A stretch of DNA of 48,846 nt from Convolutriloba macropyga (lineage: Eukaryota). Made by a program: the position numbers and the translations under genes. This document shows, in pieces, positions 11,082-21,455 of the stretch (position 1 is its first letter; each line of letters begins with the position of its first letter). Where the stretch lies: positions 17,437,155-17,486,000 of the forward strand of contig NC_134470.1 in NCBI RefSeq assembly GCF_964194025.1. The letters run 5' to 3'. The notes below the pieces were generated by a model that saw only the letters and a program-made list of their open reading frames with translations, was not told where the DNA came from and did not search any database.

Positions 11082-14000
11082 TTGAAGGCAGCAATTAGTT
11101 GAACTTATCTGATAATCGGCAATCTGATTGTGTGGGACGCAAAGTGAAGATAACTTTTCCTAGATGCTTGTGTTGAGCTGAATCAATCTATTGATGAATT
11201 AGAAACAAGCCCGAATTTTTATTGAACTCACCCAATGAGAGGGGAGTCTTTTGGAAGCAATGTCATCCAACAGTAGGGTACTTGAGCCCAGTTCATTAAC
11301 GCGAAGAAATTAAAAAACGAGATTTAAAAGGCTGAGGGAGAGAGGAAGAAACGTCAGAGATCAGAGAAAGCATTAAGATTGGCAATAAAAAATAATCAGC
11401 AAACAGTTAAAATTTAGATCAATATAAACCAAGATTATTTGATAATGAAGACCATGCAGATTGCAAAAATTCAAAAAAATTTCCAAAAAAGGGACAAAAA
11501 ACTAATTAGGCTGTTCGTCTTCAAAGTCTGTGCGCACATAAAGGTTATTTTTATTTAATTTCTAAAATAAATCGTTTTGTAAGTACTCTTGATCAAAAAT
11601 ATGCAAAAACCTGTTTGATTCATTTTTTCTAATCAAAATCAAAAAGGACAATTTTTCTGCAAAAGCTTGTTTGATCAGAAATCAAAATCAATCGGTCACT
11701 TTGTCTTCGTTTAGAAAAACTCACATGTACGCTGATGTACAAAAATTGTCTCAATATCTAAGAGTATAAAAAATTTTTATTGCAAGTAGTCTGTCTAATA
11801 ACCTCTTGTAAGATTGGGTAAGTCCTTATTATCCAATTATTTTCTTATAAAGTTTTGAAAAACAAAAGTTCACTTTATTTTTCATTGTATTAGAGCTGAT
11901 ACAATCTGACAAGATAGTAATTTTTGTTAAAAGCGGTTAATTAAGTCTACTTCCGGCTTATGAATCAAAACTACCCCCCTAATACAAAATAGTACTTCAA
12001 TTTACACTGGTTTTAAACCTGAAGAAAAAATAAGGTTTGTCGGAAGGTGGAAAGTGGGTAGAAACGATTAATTTGTTTTGCTCGAGTAATTTTCAAAATA
12101 AAATTGAGATATACACAAGCTTATTTCTACTTCCTTTTCGTTAAATTGAAGGTTTTTATGATCAAAAATCAGCAATGCGTGTACTATGGTCAAATAAAAC
12201 TGCCAATACTCTTTAAATTCACAGGCTCCTCTGTCATAGCCAAGTTCTGATTCAAATCCCGAGATGATGATAAAATATTCAAAGCAAGTTTAATTTATTT
12301 CCAAAACGAATTGTTTGTTCAGATTAAACAGGCCGACATTTTTGAGCGTTAACTTGACTCTAATTGTACAAACATGAATGGAGAGATAGCTTTTTTTCAC
12401 AAACAAGATTTGAAACAATATCGTCCATTTTAATACATCTAATCCTCTCGGCGAAATTATTCATTATTCTATAAGCAACTCAATTTTGTTTCAAATCCTC
12501 TTATGTTATATGTCCATTTAGTTTTACCAGCCTGGATTTGGGAAGGCAAATTTTTAACTGCATTATAAATTAGCTGCAAACATTGTTCCAAAAAACAGCA
12601 GAAGTTCCGCTCAGACCCTCAGGAGAGATTTTTTGCGTTAATTCAAATCCATCATTACCTTTTGAAGTTTCGGGAAAATAACGCAATAAAAATTTGACTT
12701 CAAATGTGGGCTTTTCAACTTTAATAACCAGCTTCGGCTTTTCTTATATTGTTCAGTTTTGTTTGATGCTTTTATGTGTTTGATGAATTGCCTTTGTTTT
12801 TCATTCTTCGAAAGCGATGGTTGCGTCATTTGACTTACTTTTTGAAAACATTCTGGTAAGAATTTTTAACCTCACATTCTTGATTCATTCTATTGGCTAT
12901 TCCAGAAGATCTAGCTCCTATCCTATACTCAGAGCCCAACATTTTTCATAGAGAGATACTGAGAATATCAGAGATCTGAATGAGAGTCTGATCAGGTCAA
13001 ATACAAATCTCCTAACGGAACGGTCCGGCATCAATAAGTGAGTTAGTCAAAATTGACAGCAACATAAATAGACTTCATAGTATTTTTCTTTGTGGTCAGA
13101 ATTCTCTATTTTCAGCCATGATTTAAAACAAATAACCATTTTAGAACTTTACTGTTTTGAAAAAGCGAGCAGAGATTAATACATTGATTTTAACAATTGG
13201 TAATAGCTTTTAACAGCTTAAACGATTATTCGTTGTTTTTTATTAGTTTCAACTTCTGGATGGTTGCGTAGTCTAAAAGGAGTACCTTTGAGCAGATTAC
13301 CGCGGTTGTGTGACCTTTTTGCGACTGTCAAGTACTGAAAGTTAAACGAAAGATAACCTTAAATTGAGAATCACAGCCGGAAGAATTCCGTAAACGACTC
13401 AAAGGAAACAAAAAACACCATTAAAAATGGTACCTAGCTAAACCACTGAACCAAATACGAGTTCTAAGATGCTCGCACAGGAACTGGCAAGTAATAATAG
13501 GTTAAAAAAACTTGTTTAAGATAATCGAAGAAAGGAAAAACTGTTTAAAAAAATTAAGAAAATTATGTAAAATATTGTTCATTTTCCGGAAAAAAAATGT
13601 TTTATGCCCACAAAGCTGTACTCACTTGGTATCTTGAAACTCCCTAGGTAATTGGCGTCGTTTCAAATCTTACACTAAGCAGTAACAGAATCAATGAGCA
13701 AAAGTGGCCTCAATTCGCATAAAAAGAGCAAATTAGCTGAATAACCACCAAATTAGCATACAACACACCATAATTACCAAAAACCTCCAACGACTATCAA
13801 AACGGCCGGGAAGATTAATGCACCATTCTAATCAAACTTCTTAATAAACAAAATGGAAAAAAAAGCTTTAAGAGCCGTACGTCAAAATAAAATTCCGTTC
13901 GCTCACATAATTTTTTTCACGCCTCAATTTCTCGAAGAAAGCGGTGTAAACAAAAAAAGCACCCTCTTTCTGCTCCACTCTTTAATTTTGTTCAGTACCC

Positions 14001-14179
14001 AAGCTAGAGAAAATTTTTTTCAAGCGTTTCATTTCTTGCTTCAAAATTCATTCCAATAAAACTGATTAAAAACAAAAATAAATTTCGCAAATGTTCATCT
14101 TCGAGTCCTTAAAATTAAGAGAGATATAATAGTATAAAATCTTTTAATACCAACACAATCCGCTAACTTCTAGTAAAAC

Positions 14180-14510
14180 ATCTTGTCATGAGTCACAGCA
14201 GACATGGGGTAAGATTCAAGCTATTATATATTAAAAGAGTTAGTGTATTTTGCTAACTCTTATAAATCATGCTTTGTCTCGCAAGATCTCGTAGAAAGTT
14301 TAGTCTATTTTCAAAATATATTTTGAGATAAAAATTTATGTAAGAATTTCATAAGATATAGAAGTTTTATTGCCAATTTTTCCTGCATTTTTTCTGTAAA
14401 ATATGTTATCCATCGTCTTAGAAGATCATAAAAGGTTGATACAATTCTTATATGTTTCCGATAAGATCGTACAAAATGCAAACAATTTCTTTGGCAAGAT
14501 AAGAGCGCAC
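14180..14510. repeat. Decayed cluster of (CTTG)CAAGAT-like short repeats, probable non-autonomous DNA-transposon remnant
   Basis: Recurrent GCAAGAT/TAAGAT/AAGATC variants, similar to the better preserved cluster at 32455-32730. Confidence 0.35.
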
Positions 14511-14606
14511 CTTATATAATGTTTATAAATACTTTATAATTGACTTATGCAGCAATAAATTATAATGTTACAAAAGAAGACCAATCAATCACGATATCAT
14601 TCGTAA

Positions 14607-17600
14607 TTTTTCCGACCCACATAGTGGGGGAAGAACTATATACTCAAATGGGTTCTTTTTTGTTCTGACAATTTTGGCCGATCGATATAATCATCGTAGA
14701 GAGTTGTGAATGGTATCATTAGAAGGCCCGTCCAGCGTAGAATATTGAATTTAAAAGATTTTTTAATTTTCGTTTTCTACAGGGAGTTATCGAGGTTTAA
14801 ACTTCTGAGAAAAGCAGATTAAAATCACGTTATTTTTACTCACATTTTCCGGAATTTTTGCCTAATTTTTTGTCAATTTTGCTAATATTTGTTAATTTTT
14901 GTAAGAATATTGTCGTTGATTTTATGTTTAAAGACATACAATCATTGTTGATTATTCTGATTTAATCTCTGTCAAAAAATCTGGATGAATATTTCAAAAT
15001 TCAGGCTTTTTCATCCAAATTAGAATATGAAATTCAAAAGATTTTTTCAATTTTTACGTTTTATAGGGAGTTATCGAAGTTTAAAGTTTTGTGGAGATTA
15101 GACGTAATTCACCTGTTTTTGTTCACATTTTCGGTATTTTTGACAAAATTTTCTTCAATTTTTACTAAAATTTGTTTAAATTGTTGAATGTAGTGTTATT
15201 TATTTTATCTCTAAAGATAGAGTAGGGTTGCTGAAATATTCAATACGAGTTTTTTAGCTAGAATTTATGCTAAATTTTTGAAAATTTGGAATTTTTTTCG
15301 GGACCAAATTTGTGACCAAGTTTGCAATTTTATCCCACTTGCTTTACCGTTGCTGGGAGTAGATACCTTAAATATCTGGCCATACTCTGATAGCTGACAA
15401 ATGAGCTAGTTGTACTCCCGCTGGCTTTGAGAGTCTTCTGAAATTACAATTTTGCCGCTTTTTTGCGAATTTAAACTTTATATTTAAACAAAATGCGTTT
15501 TTATTTTGGACAAACTGAAAAGTTTTGTCAAAAAAGATCTATTTTGCAACCATTTGAACAGATTAGTATCTTGTTAAACCCGGATAAATATCTTGATAGA
15601 TCTTGATCGCGCCATGGATCATCACGTTAAAAATTTTTTTAGATTTTAATGGGGCGCAACCTTTTTTTTTCAAAATATTTCCGCTATTTAAATGATTATG
15701 TATATTACTGACAAGAATTTCAAATCAGGGCTCAATTATTGACAGATACAATGTACAATGAATGAGGCCCAACGAGATTATTTTTGGTTTCAGAGTTAAG
15801 CTCGTTTTTTTTTGACTCTGACCAATTGTTTTCGTGGAAAAAATTTCATGGATTTCTTGAGTTTTGCTTCCAATTGTTATCTTTTTTGTAGCCCAATGGC
15901 CTAATGTACCCAATCCAAGACCCAGTTATATTTTAGGAGGTGTAAATGAACCTAGACAATTCTTTCAGTTATTATCTATTGTCTGTTATGACTTTGACTA
16001 TATTTGTTTTAAGAAATTAAATAAAAAATCAGTTATTTTTTGAATATCTCGAATATTTTATCTTAGTTCTCTCAAATTCGGGCACAGTCTGAGTAAAAAC
16101 AGACAGAAACTGATTTCTCGCGGGATATAAATAACTGTCCGTAACTGTTTTATGTTCAACTAATGGTCTCTTTGTTTTGATACTACGCGTTTTCAATTTT
16201 TTTTTTATTTTTGAAATAAAAATTGCTAAATTGCATATTTTACCCATATTTTGTTTTCTTGTCGAATTATCACAAATTCGAATGAAAGAAAGCATGATAA
16301 GGAATATTCAAAGCGTTGGAAAAAGGCGCCTCTGGGTATGTCAATTGTTTCAATTATAAAGTTTATGCTTTTTGAGCTGAGACACAGTTATCTCGCAAAA
16401 GTTTATGATTTTTTGTTTTTGTCTATGTTTTTCTTTCTTTTTGTTGTTGTTCGCAGTCGGCCTGATTATTATAGGCCTCAATTGGTTTTCCAAGACGTAT
16501 AAGTCAACCTAGTTATAGATTTGAGTTTAAAGCTGTTTGTTTTAATGACTTCCAAATTGAATTTAAAAAAGTTTTTTTTTCTCAACTGTATAACTTTTGC
16601 TTTCATTTTTGTATACATCTAACTCCGTACTTTCTCAATAGTTTGGGATCTTAAATAACTTTGCCGATTAGAATATTTTCTTTGGGCTTGGTTATACGTG
16701 GTGACTGATTGCTTAGACCATTAATTTTATAAAAAAGTTTTCGAGATTTATTTACTGTTCATGTTTTGGGTTTAATTTTGTTGTCATGTCTACGTAGTCC
16801 ATTTACAAGTAGGATTCTTTGATGTTAAGCTGAAGAGATGGTGACGATTTAAATTTATTGCAGGCAAAGTCTTATAATTATAGTGCCTTGAACAGTGTGA
16901 TCCTGTAAAAATGTTTGAAGTTTTGGCTTCTTTATAAATTTGTTGTTATTTTGTGGGATCGTGATTTAGTCTCATTATTAACATGTTCATTTGGCTTACT
17001 GAGGTATTTCAATTTAATCCATCGCTGTTTGTTGATATCTTAAGTTCGTTATGACTTTTGAAAATACTTTTTTTCAAAAACATGTTTGGGTTTTTGAGCT
17101 TCGTCATTTTTTTAAATAGTTTTTCGGTCGATTTATTGCTCAGTCTCTGTAAACACAATTCACAAACCGCTTCCACTGAGCTATAATTTAATTTTTTCAA
17201 TGGTGTTAGCTTCAAACGTTTATTTCTCAGCTTTGTTACTATTGTTACTACGAGGTTTCATAAAGGATTTGATATTTTTTTATATTTGTACATTTTATAG
17301 GATTTTTGTTTTCTTTTTAATTTATAACAAAAATTGTGGGTCGCACTGGCTTCGAAATTTTGCGCAATTGAACATTGGATAATTACATGTCTCACTTACT
17401 TCCTATGGAGATATAAATGAACTTTTTAGTGATTTCAGTTGTTATGTAATGACATTAATAACTGTGAAATTAATTGTTTTCAAAATTAGAAATGTATTTT
17501 TGAATTTCGCTCGTCTTTGCTTTTTTGTCGACCTGTTGAGCAGTTGCATTGAAAACAGGTCCCATATCTCTTCTAATGAAGTATAGGTTCAATTGTTTCG

Positions 17601-17849
17601 TTTGGGTTTTATCTGATGTGAGTTTAATTTTGTTATGATTTTTTTTCATTATAGGCATCGAATTTTGATTGTTAAAAATGTTTGTTGTTTGATATTTATT
17701 ATTGTCCTTCCCAGTAGTCCTATTATCAACAGCGTTCTTCAGCCCTCTAGAATGATCTCTTCATCATTTGGTAGCCAATTAAGTCAAGAATGTGGATGAG
17801 CGAGGTCGGAACCTTGTATGCGTACGCACATTACCGAGCCTCCTTGTTT
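14607..17849 (+). mobile_element. Helentron-associated interspersed element (DINE-1/HINE-like), copy A, both ends present
   Basis: 5' end: TT + subTIR TTCCGACCC (14610-14618) with an adjacent hairpin CCCAC-ata-GTGGG. 3' end: subTIR GGTCGGAAC (17804-17812), hairpin TGTATGCGTACGCACA (17815-17830) and terminal CTTGTT (17843-17848) in a T run. No TSD. Homologous at both ends and internally to 45846-48504 (reverse). Confidence 0.8.
14738..15300 (+). repeat. Two diverged tandem ~283-bp units inside HINE copy A
   Basis: TAGAATAT...AAAAGATTTTTT...AGGGAGTTATCGA(G/A)GTTTAAA...TCACATTTTC starts at 14738 and again at 15021. Confidence 0.85.
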
Positions 17850-19022
17850 TATTAAAATGATAAATGATGTCACATTTTGGTCAGCCACAATTGTAAGTAC
17901 TGAGTGTGTTTGAGTCACAACAATGAGGGGTCATTTCCTGGCAGCGAATGCTACCACGTACTTTTTATTCATTCAACTCTTTTCAATCCATTGAGTAGAT
18001 ATATAAATTAAACGTGAATATCTCAATTCCACTGCTTGAAATGTTTGCCTTCCCGGAAGCCATTTCATCAATTTGATTAAAAAGTACCAAAAATTGGTAC
18101 AAGACCCGAAGGCGACTGGCTTTGCTGGGATACATGCACAGTTGATTAATCTGATTTGAGCTATCGGAAATCAAACGTTGCACGGCGCCCTGGGCCAAGG
18201 CGGCACTTTTTAATTAAAGAGGAGGAAACTGGGGGTGAAAAAGCCCTGGGTTGTGATTTTAGCTGCCAAAATAACCCCTACCGGAGAGATTAAAAGTTAA
18301 TTTTGAAAGTGGGAAAATGAAAGCGGAAAACAAACGCCCATCGTTCTTTCCATACTTTTCCTGTTTAATTTTTACAATAACCCCTACGGTCTATTCCGTA
18401 AGCAAATTGCCCCTTTTTGACAAGTATTCAAAGCAAATATGGAAAAAAGCGAAGTCAACAAAGTCAATATTGTTATCAACGAAAGCAGAAAGCAACAAAA
18501 TTAGACAGCAAAGCAACGAAAATTTTTGTTGCTGAATATGAGCAAAATTTAAGGAAATGGGTATCTTATTTTGTAAACTGAAACCCTTAATTAGAAAATG
18601 AGTTAATGTACAAAAATACTGGGGATATAGATTTAAAGGGAAGTTTTGCTGAGACGTATTCAACTGAAACATTACGATGTATTTTCCCCATTTATGGAAC
18701 AGGAAGCAATGTTCCACCAGTTTAGTTTTGTCACAATTACTTTTGGTTGAAGATGCTCGACAGCTTATAAAAGCTAATTTGTTTCTTTTTCCGTCTTTTT
18801 CTCGCGTTACTGAAAACAAATAAAGTATTATTTACTAAGCTTTTAATCAGCTGCTTTTTTCTGGTTTATTTTTTTTACTTTCTTAGCGCGAGCAGTTAAA
18901 TTGAATTGGTTCTCACAATTTTTTTACATAGTTAACGCACAATAATTTCCAACAAGAGTCTATAAATTTATATAGCTGATTAAAGGAAATGCGAAAAAGA
19001 CAGGTAGTAAAATATTGATGAG

Positions 19023-19715
19023 AATGAATTTTGTCAGTGCCATTAAAACTTCCTTACTATTAGTTTTTTATCAATCAAGGCCAACGATTAATCACTTTTA
19101 ATTGAGCAAAGTTATTGTTTTTGCTCTGCTGCTCATCTAATATCCGCATTATTGGTTGACAGCGACTGCATAATTCTCATTGTTCAGAAGTAACTACTCA
19201 TTAGTTTTTTTAACAACCAAAATTTTGCAGTCGCTGTAAACCAATAATGCGCAGGCTAGTAAAAAACAAAAGAAATTAATAATTTTGATACCAATATTCA
19301 TTGATCATTAGGACCAGAAAATGGTCCTAATGTTCTTAAAGCCACCATTGTTAGAGTGTACTTTTGCAAATGAATTTCGTCATGGCCATTTTAACTTCCT
19401 TATTAGTTTTTCGATCAATCAAGGCCAACGATTAATCACTATTAATTGAGAAAATTTTTAATTTTTCTTTTGCTGTTCATTTAACCTGTGCGTTTTTGGT
19501 TTACAGCGACTGCAGAATTCTCATTGTTCAAAAGTAACTAATCATTAGTTTTTTTTTGAACAATCAAAATTTAAACTATTTCTCTGTAAACTAAAAATGC
19601 GCAAGTTAATGAAAAGCAAACAGAAATTAAAAATTTTTATATAATTTTTCATCGACAAATGGTCCTTGGTTGATGTTCTCAAAGCCACCATTTTGATAGT
19701 ATACTTTTGCAAATG
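19023..19715. repeat. Tandem dimer of ~345-bp units, each internally palindromic
   Basis: Units start at about 19023 and 19369 and share ATCAATCAAGGCCAACGATTAATCACT and AAAGCCACCATT...TACTTTTGCAAATG. Unit 1 arms 19145-19170 and 19226-19251 are inverted (26 bp, 1 mismatch). Confidence 0.9.
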
Positions 19716-20849
19716 TAGGTTTGCCTTTGGATCTGAGAAGCTCTTGAGACTTTCAGATTTGACAGACCAGCGATGCGTTCCATATTTGAAGTACTTTTCA
19801 GCTGAAATTTTGTGACTGGCAGCTTGTGACGTGTTCATACGCGGCGATAGTGTTAAAATAACCCACCTATAATGTTGTAAATGAGATTAGAATCTGTCTT
19901 TTGAAATATATGGAACGAATTTTTGGGTTAACTATTACTTTTCGCATTTTTCCTTGCTTTATTTTCCCTAAATGTGACGTATGCAAATTAGACAGTATAG
20001 AATTGTAATCAGAGTTCGTTCTTATAATTTACAAAGATTGAAGTATGTTAATTTTGACACACTGTGACCGAATTTAAGATTTTCAAACACGCTTTATTCG
20101 TGCTGAATTTATTCCATATTTCTAATGGACTGCTTTAGTTCACCTTGAAGGAAAAAGTTAATCCCAAATGTCAGCCTAATTAAAATTTAGTCAAAAGCTT
20201 TTATGCAAAAAAGTGCGTCTTAACTTTAAAAGGACCTTTATTGCAAGTTCTAGCTTTTGGAAATTGCATTTCAATGTTTTTTGCTTTTAGAAGTTGCATT
20301 TTAATGATTTTGACTGTCTAAATACAATCAGTTTCTTTTTGTTTTGAATACATCTAAAACAATTGCAAAGCTGCAAGTTCGTGTACTGCAGTTTTGGTTT
20401 TGAAAAAAAAAATAATTGTGCTCTTATCATCATCACTTTGATCGTTTGCAACTTTGAAAACGGCGCCGTGAAGTTCGAATGCAAGCTCTAATTAGTAGCA
20501 AAACAAAGCCGAGACATATTTGCTAGATATTAAATTTTTGTAGATTCGAAATGTTCTGATTTAAAATGAACTGTTGCCAAAATCCCTACAAGTGCTCTCA
20601 AACTCAAATCACATTCCTGAAAAACTTCATGAGGGGGCGAGGAACAATTTTAGATAATTTATAAGAGGCAGGCTTTTTGACCCATAGGACTTTGAATCTT
20701 TGATATCGTACTAGAACTATGAGTTTCCGTTAGAGCTGAAATTGAAAATGAAATGTAAATCAACACTCTATGTGCTAGATTTAATGTTTTTTGTTTCCCC
20801 TGTGCTTTTTTAGATTTGTCATACACGAATTGTGAATAAATCTTTGAGT

Positions 20850-21455
20850 TGAGGTGACTGGCGTGGTTAATCAAGTTATCTTTTGTCTAACCTAAGTATC
20901 GATTTCGCAGAAAAATTTGTTTTTATAGACAGTTCGAACAGCCAGTGAAAAATTACAAAAAAGTTAAAGAAGAACGTGAACATTTAATACTGTACTGAAT
21001 TAACAGCATGAAGTCTGCTGAAGGCGTTAGAAAGTATAAACTCAGTAACGAAAACTGTAGTTCGAATGTAAATTCAATTCGTCATATATAAGCTGAATCG
21101 GTATATAGGCAAAGTGTTAGCAACTTCCTATCAATCACGTATAAGTGTTACAAGGTTCAGAGTGACAAGCGAGAGGTTAGACGGCAATTCTTTGTGATGC
21201 TCTTTTGCAGGTTTTTTGTCTGATGTTATTGACGTCAAAATCGGTTGGTATTCAGCCAACAATTGTCTAGAAAACCTAAAAATATTAAGCCGAAAACCAG
21301 CTTAATTGATACATATCGTGGTTATAATAACATAAAATTAGGTTAAATGATCTTTTTCGGAACTTTCTACGTATATTAGAACGTTTTATACGCATTTAAA
21401 TTCGACTTCAGTTACTCAATTCTGATTGGTTAGTAATTTCATTTACTACGTAAAA
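20850..21455 (-). repeat. Probable 3' LTR of the minus-strand BEL element
   Basis: Begins immediately after the PPT (TTTTACG, possibly from TGTTACG). Non-coding, with TATA-like and ATTAAA-like signals on the minus strand. The distal end is not defined because no second LTR copy is present. Confidence 0.6.

Larger units (their letters stand above)
7971..11148. mobile_element. Putative composite element: CRE-type ORF enclosed by Helentron-like ends
   Basis: AAACAAG (7971-7977), imperfect hairpin GAAATTT-acag-AAGCTTC (7979-7996) and TTTGCGTCC (8002-8010). Its exact inverse GGACGCAAA is at 11135-11143, followed by GTGAA. TGTGGGAC is directly repeated at 8015-8022 and 11131-11138. Confidence 0.5.

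Noticed and set aside
20612-20648. HINE-like terminus GAGGGGGCGAGGAACAA
   Set aside because: Similarity is limited to about 20 bp, with no flanking family sequence.
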